DNA of 64,000 nt from Marsupella aquatica (Eukaryota; Plantae; Marchantiophyta), in NCBI GenBank assembly GCA_973895155.1, contig OZ316895.1, positions 10,280,184 through 10,344,183 of the forward strand, written 5' to 3'. Numbering within the stretch: the stretch's first letter is position 1; each line of letters begins with the position of its first letter. Shown here piece after piece: positions 38,471-52,539 of the stretch. The translations under genes were made by a program, and so were the position numbers. Below the pieces are notes generated by a model. The model saw only the letters and a program-made list of their open reading frames with translations, did no database searches and was not told the origin of the DNA.

Positions 38471-39740
38471 GTTAAACCTGGCAAAATGTGCTCACATATC
38501 CAAAACTTCATTGAATTCCATGTGGGAGGAGCAGAAGTTTTGAAGGAAATGGTTTTCCAAGTTTTGTAAGTGAACTGTAGGTGTATCTACCCAATGGATG
38601 GCCCGGATCACACCTTGGACCCCAGAAAAACAGATGAAGACCCCATCTTCTGGGAAAGCCACCTTAACTTTCCCACTTGCAGCACTGTGGGACTTATTGT
38701 GGCTCCCTATGTTGACTCCTAGACCTTTTCTCCCCTACACTGCTTTGCAATTCATATTTTGAATATAGTAATGTCCTGTTTTCATAACATTGTGGGCTTT
38801 ACCGCCCCCTTAAGACGAGAGTTTCAGCTAGTGTCCCAGGGGCTATTATCTACAACTATAATAAGGGATCCCGCCTTTTTTCGTCTTTCGTCCCCTTACA
38901 AAAAAGCTTCTGGGTGGGAAAGATTCACAACTGTTGGATTGATTAGCTGTTTTTGCTCACCATTGATGAGAGAAATGTACACCCTTATCACGTATTTGCT
39001 TCCCGTTGCCCCGTAATGCCCCCGGCCAATCCCTAAGGGCCTGCCCTCCTTGCACAGTGCAAAGCACTGACATAGGGCTCGTTTTCCATAATACCTTCCA
39101 ACCAAGACCAAAATAAACTTAAAGTCTTGAGAGATTTGTCTTGAGAGTCTTAGTAAAAGTAGAGCAAACCTACCTAAAGAGGTGATCCAAATTTTGAAGG
39201 GGCATTCTTCTCCAAGAATGCACTGAAAAAATACAAGTAAAATGTCACTAAAAGCATGAATTCTTGCTGGAAACTCGCAGTATTTTCTTTACGGACCCCA
39301 CTAGAGGTCCCTTCCAAAATTCCTGGCATCACAGCGTGCCACGTCATCAACAACCGCAACAAACAAGACTCGTCGGTTTTGTGAATTAAACTTATAGTTT
39401 TCATTCATGTTTGTGTCAATTTGGGTGTAAATTTTGGGACGTCATGCCGTAAAAAGAAAAGTAAAAACATTGGAAAAACAAAGAGCAAGACGGTTAAAAA
39501 TGTCACTATGCAACCGTTTTAGTTACATTTCCAATTTTAAAATTTAAATTCAAAGATTTATAAAAAGTATTTTTCATATAATAAATAATAACTAATAACT
39601 AACTTGATAACTTCCTTGTTAAATCGCAACTCCCAGTATGTAAGGACCTCTTGTATTGTACGGCCATTAATGTTGGGAAGAGCACATAGAAACCCAAGAT
39701 CGGGGAAGAGGAATGGCTAGAATCCTCAAAGTTCATTGAA

Positions 39741-40060
39741 TTTTATACTCAAAATTATTTACTCATTCTCAAAACATTTTATACTCAAAACTATTTACTC
39801 ATTCTCAAAACAAAAAATACCCAATCGTAGATCTCATTGAGATCTTTCTTTTGCACCCTAGATCGCCTTCTAACATGGATGAATAAGATTTCTAGAGGCA
39901 TTACAAAATGAATGGCAAAGATCGTAAAATCAACAAAATTCATGGCTAGGAAGGCTTGGATTTTTTTAATTTTTCATTTGAAAAATATTAACCCATTTGC
40001 AAAACGGACAGAACTCATCCATAGATCTATTTGAGATCTTTCTTTTGAACCATAGATTGG
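39741..40060. repeat. Internal repeats of a probable non-autonomous DNA transposon remnant
   Basis: 36-bp tandem duplication 39741-39776/39777-39812. TAGATCT..TTGAGATCTTTCTTTTG.ACC.TAGAT recurs at about 39828 and 40022. Confidence 0.6.
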
Positions 40061-43000
40061 CCATTATGATGGACGGATGAGATTTCTGGAGATAAGAAAT
40101 GGAGACGGCTCAGATTGACTCTTCCCCCTGATTTTATTAGCCAAGGGGTCCACTAACTAATTCTCAACCAGATCGTGATGAAAGCACTACAATATGCTGG
40201 CTCCTGATCCGGTATAACATGGGAAAGTTTTAAATATTTTTCAACAATAATATCGGAAATGGTATCAATGTCCATCACAAGTTCACCACTTACTACACAG
40301 AAGCAACTACCGTAGAGTGGCTCGTAGATTGAATTCATTTAATTTCGAGGGGGAGTTCGATGGGTGATGTTTCTGTACAAATAAATGTCAAAGTCACAAT
40401 CTCGCCAGGAAGTGAATGCCCTACGACAGCCGATCGCAGTACATTCATAATGGGCGAATCTGGAACATCTGTCTTTGAGACTGACCGCGGTTTTGTAGTA
40501 GTAATAAGTTCTCAACAGGAAGCGCAGAAGAGGAGAATAGCTTGAGACTTGAGAGTGATCGCGGTTGGTATTATTTTGTCGTCAGCTGCAGCAACGTAAA
40601 GTTTTAAAGAGGACTCTGGATCTTCTACAAGGACAGCAACGAATCATACTGAGATTCGGAGGGAACTAAAGGGTCATTTCTTGTTCTAAATATAATTGCA
40701 GACCAAAAATCTTTTTGGAATCAATATCAATAAATGTACTCCCATGAATGAAGAGACACGGTTTGTAATGTTTGGACCAATTCTTGAGTTGACCCAAAAT
40801 TCTAGACAAAATAAACACATTAGCATTTCCTTGGGCCAATTACTCGCCATGTAGGTTGGTAGATATCATACCTGAATGGGCCCCATTGCTTGTAAACAAC
40901 CCTTACCAAAAAAATGATACCATGCACAGAACAGGTCTATGATACACAAATCTATTTTGTGGTCCTCTCCTAGTAGCACTTAGCAGTTGCGTTGTAAGTT
41001 CTTGTATGAGTTGGTGCAATGAAATGAACCAGGATAGTACCCAGGAGTGGAGACCTGTTAAAAAGGCCTCATAAGTCATTTTGAAAATTTGGAGCCCTCT
41101 CATGTCATGACTTACAGTTACGGGCCCTGTCATGTTTTCTGTGATTGTCTTACCTTTGCCTTAATGTGGTTAACTGAACAAAGACATTTGATGGATGATG
41201 CTCCAAGTGAACTGGCTCCTCTCGTTTATGGTTGTTTGAGAGATGCTATTGCATGTCTTGTTTACTCCTATTACCAAACTTGTCGTGCTCTAAAACTAGT
41301 GTGCAAAAACTAAAGGATTTGTTCAAAAACTCTGGGTCTTCTGCACAAGAAATTGGCAAGGCTATCAACGTAAGGCATTGTCAGAAATAAATAAAGGGAA
41401 ATCTTAAATGCCCCCATATTTTCTGCAATTCACCCTCCTATATATATTCACCCCAAAATGACCTATGTAACATTTAAAAAAAATCCAAATTGAGCTATCT
41501 GATTAAATAGTTGAGCTTCTTTGTCTATGACTTAGTTTAGCTCAGTACTCTAGTTTATAAATTTGTTTTCTACATTTTGGATATCAATATAGTTCTTGAG
41601 AATACTTTCAAGCCACATATGGCACCCTTGCTAGCACTTATAAAGGTTTCTGACAATAAGTTTAATCACCTATGTATCTCACTTTGGCTTTTTGAAAACT
41701 CTTACAGCACTCTTTGGGGCTGAATTTGGGCTCTCATATCTCAATCGATTTAGAGTTCAGGTCAAGTGTTTGTGGTATCAGTGGAAGGCTTTTTGTATGA
41801 TATCAAACGTATCCCCCAAAGTCGATGGAAATACAGTAAAATCCGAATCCATCCAAAATCCATCCAAAATCCATCCAAAATCTCACTCCAAACTCAGGTT
41901 TTCCTGTACAGAGAAGCTTTTCTCAGATAACTCTTTTTGTGTTTTTGAAAATTCAGATAGGCCAGTATAAGGAATATTAAGTCCACCTATACTTGTACTT
42001 AAATTAATTTAATACAATACCTGACAGCCATTGGAGACAACCAGCATCTCCCAACACGAAGTAAGTGGTAACTGTTGTTGTTGTTAGTGGTGGTGGAGAT
42101 TGGATGGCAATCGAAGGGTAGTGAGACTGGCTGGGGTGGCCATGCCACATTCTTTTAGAAGGTACCTTCCCTATTCTTTAATCTTTTGTAGTCTATGTCA
42201 TAGGCACCACAACCTTAACAGTAGGTTACAAGGTACAACATTTTCTGAAAGCTTCAGAGGGGGAGTCCCAATGTAGGATGCCTCATGCTTTGAACTCAAC
42301 ATAATGGGGTACGGTGATACTTCTATGCCCGAGATGGGCCTGCGCCCCTGCCCTTGAAGTGTACTTTTACCGCACAAAGCATTGGCGGTACCGCTTTTGG
42401 TCACTAACTAATTGAAGGAGGGTCTTCACCGTCGATCTAGAAAATAAAAGGTCCGGAGTAGAGGATGTCTTAAATATTATTTTCTGAGCATACCTCAAAT
42501 TGACCTGCTATTACCGGTAATGATTGACCTCGAAGATGGCCAAATCATGCCAACAATCCACGTAAACGGTACCGCATGCGAGGAATGCATTGTACTGTCC
42601 TGCACATCTTTACTCTGTATTTGTTAAACTTTGGATGCGACATAGGATGGAGAAAGAAATATTATTTGGTAAACGCGTACCTCTAACCACGTGAGTACAA
42701 TTGTTACTATTTCCTGAAAATAGAAGTCTTACTCCATAGTAACTAGTGCTAATCACGAACCATGATTTTGGAGGGGGAACCCCGTGATTATTACACTCTG
42801 CTCCTTAAGTTCCAATAGTTGCAGTAAATAGTTTTCATTGTATGATTCACAAACCACGATTTAGGACGGTCAGACGTACAGACTTTCCAAACCAATAATT
42901 GTTTTGTAAAAAATAGAGGCATGCTGGCACTTCGTGGCTTAGAATGTGGCCCTCAGTGTCAGTCTTAGGTGCATTATAGTTTACAAGTTTAGTAAAGTAA

Positions 43001-43141
43001 TAGTTTTGAGATAGAAAAGAAAGAATGCAGCTCTAAAGTCTTGAAGAAGCCACACATGTAAAAGTTGATATCATAAAATTGCTAGGGCCGGCCATGTCAT
43101 ACATATTGCAAACATTTGTTTTCTCGGGTATTTTTCTACAT

Positions 43142-43380
43142 TGTGTTAGGGTTAACTCTAGTTGTGGGTTAACCTCTTATTACTTAGGCTAACCCCCACC
43201 ATTAGGGTGTTAATGGCAACTCAGGCCTTAAGAAACCCTTAGCAATAGTTGCATACCAAGATACAAAATTAGGGCTCCATTCTGGAGGACCGAGACCATG
43301 CCAGATGGCTATTAGTGTGTGTCTAGCAGCACAAGTTCACATTAGAAAATTGTCCATCTGGATTGTGCAGTTGATTCAAA
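43142..43380 (+). mobile_element. Possible degenerate LTR fragment related to the Copia LTR at 6826-7365
   Basis: Starts TGTGTTAGGGTTAACTCTAG. Its 3' part (ATGG.TA.TAGTGTG...TTAGA.AA..TCCAT...TGTGCAG) resembles the minus-strand end of that LTR by eye. No TSD. Confidence 0.3.
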
Positions 43381-46300
43381 TTGTTTGTCAAATGTTGGTG
43401 TCCATCCGGGCTCACTTAGGTCATGGAACTCCTTAGCCTGCTGTGTTCCTTTGTTCTATTTTGGGTTTTTCTTATTACAGCAAAAATAAATAAAAATTGG
43501 TTGATATACCAAGTTGAAGCCCATATGGACCCATCCTGTGATTCATTCAACCCCAGTGGGCAGGGACTCCCTTTACACCATCATCCATTGGCACATTTCT
43601 TGTTTCCAACAGTGTTTAAACAACAACATTTGACCTTCAGTATCTCTCCTGATATTCAACAGAATCAGCTATTGGAAGCTGCTTGAAAAGATCTTTCCCA
43701 TAAGTGTAAGCTCATGAAGAATAGAAAAGGCTATGATTTTCTAGAGACTACAGGCTCACTCACTCTCAACACTTGGCACGTCTGAAAGTGTTTGAGACCC
43801 TAACTTCAACATTCAATGTCTCTTTAAACAAGCTGTTTTTGGGCTTGCTAAAAGAGTCTTGGAAAGAATGCATCACTCTGGTTGAATTTGAGAACTGCTA
43901 AACTATAAAGCAGATGGGAGGATAGGGTCCACAAACTACTATTTGTAATATGTATTATGTAAATAAATATAAACAGCGAAGAGTGTATAGTGGAGTCCAT
44001 CCCCGGTAGAGATAGTCTATCTGGGCATTTTGGCTAACGTGGAGGTCCATGGGGTCTTCATTGTTGTTAATATGTATGACACAAACTACAAGTACTTTGT
44101 ACTGCGTCAATAAGGAATTCCCACTAATTACGGAAACCCATTGTAGCTGTGTCAGGGCAAGAGTAGTAAACCGTGGTTCTCTCGATCCAAGCCCGAGAAA
44201 GGGCCCGAGAAAGGGGTCTGAACGAATGTATCCTGGCCCAGCCCAAGATGCTATTTCCAAGCCACTCCCGATGTGGATCCTTCTCCCGCTGACCACTGCA
44301 GAAGGTCTTTCTTCTCACGAGGAACGTGTCTTGAATCCCGGAGCCGGAGTGGAAATCGGTGCTGTTTCCGCTGCTTCAGCTGCTGCTTCTGTTGCACTTG
44401 CTGCTGTTTCTGTTGCGTCGATTGTGGTGGCTTCTCGCCCTGCCGTCGTGAGCGGAGAAGGGAGGCAAAAAGTGCAACAATTCTGCTGTCTGCAGGTCGG
44501 CATCCATTCGCTCGCGCATGTAAGAATAGGTGGTGGAGTTCTGGGAATCGATGGATTTTCGTCGTGGTCGACTTACTTCCGACCTTCGGAGGGCTGGGAT
44601 GGATTGCGAGTTGTGTTTTAGTGAAGGGGATGTGATGCGGTGTGATATAACGCTTTGTTAAATGAATCGGAGAGGACGTTGACTGAGCTGAGACGATTTC
44701 CAAGTTTTTCGACCGCGATGGAGGAGGAAATTGTTGCTTTAGAAGCGGTGGTTAGGGAGGGCCTCGTGTGGTGCACGTCGGAATCTCTACAGGGGGCCGC
44801 GTGGTTGATTACAAGGGAACAGCGGTACCGTTGCTGAAATCTCCGCAAGCTTGCGCAGTTAGCGAGGAGAAAGGGGTCGAGACTCGAGACATTCTGCCGT
44901 ACCCAGGGGAGAATGAACTGTTGCGTAGTTTCGTAGAATGGAATCTTGTTACCGTACAATGGCAGAGGGTTTTCGTGGGCTTTTCTTCTGTTTCTACTGT
45001 AGAGATGACTCTGAATAAGAGGAGCTGGTTGCATGGAGGGAAGCTGATCGATTTGATACAACCACTGGGATTCCAGGGACTGGATTCGCATAGGTCTGCC
45101 AATACTGGAGAGAACAGATTTGGCGTTCTCATAGAACGATGAGTAAGGATGACTACAGGATGTAAGGGGCCATCCCCTATTACACTTATTGAGCTGGTAG
45201 CTTTCGGCATATGTTCAACTTGTGGACTCTAAGTTGGTAAGGCAAGGCAATGCTCACAAGAACTTTATCCACGGGTTTGAACAGCAATGCGGAGAGGGGG
45301 CACAGAAAGTGGCAGCATGAAGCCTGGTACCACACTTCTCACAGTGCTCCGACTACTTTGGTTTCAATCATTCCTTTCATCTGTTACGGTCTCCTCTCAC
45401 TTATCTTACAACGGTTCAACCTGGTTTCGTCTTAGTTTCAAGTCTATGTCTCGATGCTCCTGCAAACTTATTATTGGTGTCTTGGTTTACTCTTCCTCTC
45501 AATCGTGATCGAGTGGAGTGTGATGTTCTGGACCCCGTGGCCGCCTGTTGCACGGCACCAGGTCGTTCGTGCGCTTTCTGTTCCAGTGACATCTATCGCC
45601 AGGAATGCCTTGAGTGGTGCTGCCTTTAGTTCAACCTGAGTTCGTTAAATTTTCACACGTAGCCTTCCATTAAGTGGTTCCAGCCAGCCTCGGAAGTCCA
45701 TCTTAGCATGCTGTACCTCATCGTCACAGTTCCCTTTTGAGCTATGCACCTTATTCACTCCCAGGTCCCCTGTTCTCTGGAGCGGGAAACTTACGCTCTA
45801 CTGAAAATTATCAGGCTGACATATCGCCGCTGTCATTTGTGTGGCTTGTCCGGTCAATTGAGATATCCGGCTTTCGTAGTGTGCACTGCAACTCCTGCTG
45901 CACGTTCTAAAGGTTCGCCTGAAATCCACGGTGTTCTTCTCTACCTCAATTTACTTGTCTACCTTGGAGGAATTGGAGGCCCTGAAACCATTTTTTATCG
46001 CCTCATTTTTTGGTGGAATGGCAGCTACCTGGATCATTTTCCGGAGATTTCGGACTCTCTCGTTAGATCTGTTGATGAAGTTTTGGTTCCCGGTCAGGAT
46101 TGAGAACATAATGCCCATTCACGATCTAAAACCTCTCTGTGGCTGCTGATTTCTGATGCCGTGGTACCCTAGCTCGAAAGGTGATGCGTATGTAGAGTTT
46201 GTTCGATGAGTTTGTCGCACAGTTGTCCATTTGTACATGAAGGCGATTGTCGACCTCTCGGTGCACGTTCAGGTTTCGCGCAAAGTGAGTATCCGTTCCG

Positions 46301-46534
46301 ATTAGCTACATTGCCGGGCGGCCGGGGGGTGGGCAACTGATGGGATTTGAACTCTGGCATCTTTATGCATCCTCGGGTGAAAGTTAAATGGGAGTTTCGA
46401 AGCAATTCGAAATAAGAGTTGGTCTCCTCCTGTTTTACCTAGAGATCTGATAAACTTTATGAAATGATTTTGGAAGTCCATGTATATGCTTATTGAAAGT
46501 CAGCCCGTGCAATACGATCTTCAGTGCTCTAAGA

Positions 46535-48915
46535 ATGTCCTGTCCTGGATTGGCAGGGCGAAGAGCGAAAGCTGCGGGAGAAGGACATATTGGGAAAAGT
46601 GGGGAGATAAGAGTCAAACCAGGTATCTCACCCTCCTCACTTCGAGGCGAGAAATAGATCGCAATAGTTTAATCATCTCTGATGCAAGTTGAGGTGGTTT
46701 TTCTTGGAGGATCATATCTTCTGTCGCTCAAATTCATATGAGGTGTTGCTTACTAATTGCAGGAACAGGCAAAGCGAGTGTAGTCCGAGAGTTTTCGAGG
46801 AAGTTGTCAGACACCACTGTGTTCACGAGGGAGCTGCATGATTGGCTGGAACACAAGTTGCTAAAGATTACCGAAGACTCTTCTCCGTTCCGACCACCAT
46901 TTCATGTCGATGAATTGCGGCAGCTCGACTATGCCCTCGAAGGGGTTCTATGCCAGCAGTTGCTGCGGATGCCTTCTAATGTTTCAGGTCTGCCCCCCGT
47001 AGTTGGAGAGGCTGACATGTACGTCGCTGTTGAAGATTTTATGCACGCGTGCGTCGAAGGCCTGTGGGACGCGTTCTGGGATACCGAGGATGATATGCCC
47101 TTTTTCGTGACTGGTCCTCGAGGGTCTGTTTCCAAGATACATTCCGTAGAGAAAGCCTCCCGAGGTCGATTCACCAATGTTCCGGGGGTTGCACTGATCG
47201 CTAAGAATGGTGCTGGTGGTTATGTGTTGTGGGATCACGTTGCACAATTTGTAGAGGTCAAGACTCAGGTAGCAGTCTCAGGCGATGCGGGGAAGGCTGT
47301 GTTTACCGTCGAAAGTCTGGGATCCGCACTATATCACGGTTTATTGATGTTGCTTGCACGAGCATCCTCTGATAGGAAGACTTCATCCCGGAGGCCTACG
47401 GACACAGCTTATGTGTTGATGCTCGATTCAAGGTATGGTGGTGTATTGAAGCTGAAGGGGGATGTTTCTAAACTGGCAATGAATCTGGATTCGGTTTACT
47501 CGAGTGCTGTGGACTGGGTGAGAAAGTATGCGGATATATCCTTGTCAGACGTGGACCCGGTGTGGAACAGGCTCGGAAATCCCATGTGGGGGGACGTAGG
47601 GGCTCTACAGGTACTTTTGGCCACGTACCTGTCTATGGAGCAGTTTAGGGGGGCTCCTAGGAGATCAATAGCTGAGATGGCATCTGAACACAATGCTAGA
47701 GTTCAGAGAAGAAAAGCAGAACGCCGGGTTCTGGAAGTGCAAGAAAATGGAAACGACTCCTCTCGTCGTCACCACTCTCATCGCCGGAGCCACAGGGGGG
47801 AGATTGCTGAAATCGAGGAAGAACAAGAAGCAGAAGATGAAGAGAGTGGGAAGGAATCTGAGCATTTGAGAGTTGAACCAGGAACAATTTTGTGGCTTGA
47901 AGATGCCCATTGGCAACGAGGTTTTCAAATCCATGAGGATATCGGTGGGGAGCGAAGGTCTGTTTACGGTGCAACATCCTTGGATGATTTAACAAAGCCG
48001 CTCACCCTCTATGTTGGAGCACATCCCTCGCAGCTTGAACCCTCATGGGAGGACATGAGTATGTGGTACCAAGTCCAGCGACAGACGCGAATTTTAAATA
48101 CCATGAAGCAGCGAGGTATCATTAGCAAATACCTACCGCAAATAATTGCTTCAGGACGGCTTATGCACCCTGGTCCATGCGCAAAAAAGAGCCCAGGAGG
48201 ACGCTGTGATCACCCTTGGTGTGGGACGCCTGTTCTTGTAACATCGCCAGTTGGCGAATCACTTGACAGGGTCGTTGAGCGAGAAGGCTTCTTTTCCTCA
48301 GAGGAAGCCTTACGCTGCTGTCATGACTGTTTGTCCGCTTTAAGGAGTTCCAACTCTGCTACAATTCAACATGGTGATATCAATCCAGAGCATATTATTC
48401 GTGTGAATGCTGCCGATGGAGATTTCTACTACATGCTGGTAGACTGGGGTCGTGCTGTGTTAGAAGATAGGGACAGCCCCGCTCTTGCTCCCCGCTTCTC
48501 CTCCACATCTGCTCTACAAGAGGGCAAGCTTTGTCCTGCTTCTGATGCCGAAAGCCTTGTCTATGTTCTGTATTATGTGTGTGGGGGTAAGACACCTGAG
48601 TTTGATACCATGGAAGCTGCTTTGCAATGGAGAGAGAGGATCTGGGCGAGGAGAGCTATTCAGCAGCTACTTGGAGAAGTCTCTGCGGTCTTGAAGGCTT
48701 TTGCAGACTATGTGGACAGCCTGTGCGGGACCCCCTATGCTGTGGATTATGATATTTGGCTTCGGAGATTAAGCCGTGCACTTCATCAAGATGATCCCGG
48801 TAAAACGATTGAGTACCCTTCAACATCTCCGAGGATTGAATATGTCGCTGAGTCTTCAGAGACGTCAGGTGCTTCTGAAGTTGAGAAGCTGACTATTTCA
48901 GCAAGGCGTCCGTAG
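46535..48915 (+). CDS. Conserved land-plant uncharacterised protein with C-terminal protein-kinase-like domain. Exons 46535-46622, 46763-48915
   Basis: 2.15-kb open exon with family-type blocks DELRQLDYALEGVLCQQLLRMP, WNRLGNPMWGDVGALQVLLAT, LYVGAHPSQLEPSWEDMSMWYQVQRQT, HGDINPEH, DWGRAVLEDRDSP. The upstream ATG exon joins in phase (CCA G|gt...ag|GA). Confidence 0.9.
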
Positions 48916-51900
48916 AAATCATTTATTGTTGAGATCTTTGAGAGTAAGTTATTGCTGAAGACCTGTGCACTGGTGAGATGATTTGGGCTTACTATTCATG
49001 GCCCATGTCACTACAGGATCTTCTAGCAACAGGGGTGAAGCACTGCCGGGTGAAGGATGAAGATTTGGATGGAGGATTCAATCCAGTACTACTCGGCAGC
49101 TTGACGCATTGATTCTACTCCTTGCAGTAGTGAGTACCCATGAGGAACTCTTTCTGGATCACTCACTTGCTTCTGAAAGAGCCGTCCGTCTGCGTGCGTC
49201 AGAGAGGGGATTTTTGTCGGGACTTGCGTTGCTAGACATTGCAAGCCTATAGAGATTTATTTTATTAAGTGGGGCATCCTCCTACAAGTCTGTGAGCTTT
49301 GATCAGTCATGTGTACCGTACCTTGAATATCTACTTTATACTGGCACGTTGTAAAGAGTGTGAGTGTAAGGACGACTGATGCAATCTACTCTTAGATTCC
49401 ACCATCCTCACCTCAATCGGTGTGATGGGGTCCTGATTAAAGCTTTCTTCGTCTCATCGAACTGGGAAAGCGTCGACATTTGCAGTTAAGGCAAGACACA
49501 GAGAAACAAGCAAGAGCTGTGACTCTTCAGATTTTCTTGCATCCTCCCAGCGCCTCGTCCTATGCGATACCAGATATTGTCTGGGTTGAGTTCAATTTTA
49601 AAATTTCACTTTTTGAGTTGGTGCTGAAGCTCTGGATCGTCACAATATGCGACAAAAATAAGATGGAGTGTGCGAACAAAGCCGCGTTTTTTCTGCAACT
49701 GGCTATCACGGCCTCCACAGCGTAGAAGATCCCAGTATGTCCCAGTGAGCCATAATATGACATAATGTGGTTTCATGGATGGTTGTCATCAAATGCGTTT
49801 GTATATTTTGAATCTGTCCATCTATGTACAGAGTTAAGATGACGTTCAATGGGACTGAGGCCTTGCCACTCGATTGCGGGAGCTGGTGGACACTCAAATT
49901 GAAGGGCCTGCAAGCGGTAGGTTTCAGAATCCATCCCGTGTATTGGATGCTACGATAGTAGAATTGGCCGGCCGCTCCCGTCTTGGTTCTGACCACCCAA
50001 GGTGTAGGGGTCCCACAAGGGATGCTATGACAGACTTCGTAATAAAAGCAATTTGCTTCCTCTCCCCTCAGTGCGCATGCTTCAAAAGGCTGGCAAGCTT
50101 TGACAGACCCCGGGATGATTACCTTCTTCATTTCTTCTATGTTATAGTAAGGTTAGATGCACGTGATCGGGGCATCAGTCACAAAATCTAATATGGTCTT
50201 CCCTGTTCTGTGGGCAATTCTGTTGATAGACACGAGTCAATACAGCGTCTGAGTTGGAGACGTTTTCCACTCGTCTGGATTGAAAACTTCCTACAAGAAT
50301 TTGGCTCTGTCGCTAGTGGTATGCTCCCTGTCTGGAAATTTTATTCATTGGCCCATCCCTTACTCTCATCGGTTTCTTCATTGGACATCCAATGGAGATC
50401 ACTGTGTTTGTGTACACGTGTACAGCAGGTCATGTCTGATCTGATTGATCTACTGTGAGAAGTCATTGTTGGTCCTAGGGCCATTTAGTCGGGGGTCACT
50501 TCAAAATCACTTTTATCATTCTCTTTTGTGTAGCCCTTGGTTCCGTCACTCTTTTGTCCCTGTCCATCAGGGTCGTCGGGCTCTGGAGTGAAGGCTAACA
50601 TGCATGCTGCAAAGTAGTCTCCATGTTTTAGGCGTTGTGCTTTAGTGAGCTGATGACAGCGGCCAGTGAGCGTTATGCTTCTTGGTCACGTCCATCTGGA
50701 TTGTGGGATGTATGGCTTACAGCCCCACAAAGAAGTTATGCCAGCATATGTACCTTGAATTGTGTGCAGTACAGCACCACTAAGATGTCCCTCCCAAAAC
50801 TTGGAAGCCGTGGTCGGATTATCATTTCCCTGTTTTTCTATCAAAAAGGATTTAGCAGCGGTGGGGAGATGGAATGCGACCCAACGTATTTTGCTGCCTT
50901 GTTGTCATACGAGCTATATCTCTGATGATGTCATGCAGAGATGGTTTGCTGGAAGTACATTTGCAAATTGTTGAATTTTCCTGTACTAACGACTGAGTGA
51001 TCTTTGATAACAGGCTTTTCATTACATGGACGGTGATGGGTTGAAATGTCTTCGAGCATTGGAAGAACCTCCGGGGTCAAAGTTGTTAATGTGAAGTTGT
51101 TAATGAGCCTGACAGGCTCATGTGCATCTTAGTTGGTGCATCACAAAGCTTTCGTGATTGGTCTTTCCGAGTCGTGTCTCGGTTGCGTAGTCTTTACTTT
51201 GGCCGGTAATGGATTGTAGACCCATTTTCGTCCATGTCGGTCTACTGTAGGTGAAAGCGATAGTTGTACAGATCACATTGAAGTGTATGGCCATTGATGA
51301 ATTCCAACTTTAGCAGGCAGGTGTACTTCTGTTCATGTATTGGTCCGTAGGCCATTTTGTAATGTATTGTCTCCCGGACATCATTTTCAGTTTGTGCACT
51401 TTGTTGAATAAGTGGCTCTGGCTGTCTCGCCGAAATGTAGGGAAATGTAGGGACTGGGATGTTTTCTCGTATGTAGATGTAAATCTGCAACCTTGAAAAC
51501 AGTGGGTTGATACCTGCTTGTAGTGGACGTTGGCTTGAAGCTCTGCGGTGATCAGATTTCAGCGTCATAAATGCAGAGGCACTGGTTTACAGTCGTTTTT
51601 TGCCTGACGTGGATAGTTTATTAACCAACAACTAGCTTACAGTCTTACAGAGCTTTTGATCACTTCATAGTTGCTCGAATGACGACATACTCAATTAATT
51701 TATTCAGGACTCTCGTGATTGCAAGTGATGCAGGATTTTCCCAAGCAAGAAGAACGCTTGCCACCTTTGCGTGTCGTGCGGGAATAACATCTGGTGGATA
51801 AGATATCCCATGGTGACAGTCATCATTGTATGAAATGCGTGAGGTCATCATAACCAGTAACTATGAATATCAATGTGCGCTGCTGACTGTTCGAATCATC

Positions 51901-52539
51901 GCTCACCCGATCTGTGGCTTTCATCACAAGGACTCCGTGCACTACGTGTTATGAAGGGCAGCCTAAAGTTCTGACCGAAGTGACGTCGTTGGAAACCTTA
52001 AATGCACAAGGATTTATACAAGTCAATGTGGCTGTTGGGAACGCCTCGTTGGGATAACACTCGCAGAGCTAGAAGCTGTATCCTCTCTTTCCACTCGCTG
52101 TTTTAGCAGGTGAAGCTCGGAGAGTAATATGCTTGTGGAGGAGCAGGGATTCCCAGCCCCAAGCAGTCTCGTTGAACCAGGGGAGGCAATGAACGTTCCG
52201 ACACGCGCCGGACATTTGTTGCTATTGTGGTGAGTCACATAAGAAAATCATATCCTAACTGAGTCTACTCTAGGCCTCTAGGATGCCTTCCTCCCCAGTG
52301 AAGTCCGTTGGGGCCTCTTCAAACCCCGCGCCTTCAGATAAGTTCCATGGAAAGTCTCCCACATATCCCGTTTCACACAGGCGCACACAATTTTGCAATT
52401 CATCTACAGGACAACGGTAGCCATGCCAGAATTCACCCTCGTTAGGGAAGAATCCGCTCCGTTAATTCGGGGACAAAGTGTGCATGGGCCCGTGTCAGAA
52501 ACGTTCAATCTTCTGATCAGGGGGGTCTTGGCTTCGTCC

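Noticed and set aside
44049-45210. Dense cluster of 110-190 aa ORFs on both strands
   Set aside because: Explained by GC-rich, (GCT)n-containing leader sequence; none resembles a protein family.
52357-52366. TCCCACAT motif resembling the snRNA USE (also at 56641)
   Set aside because: No recognisable snRNA or Pol III transcript downstream; the first lacks a TATA at the right spacing.
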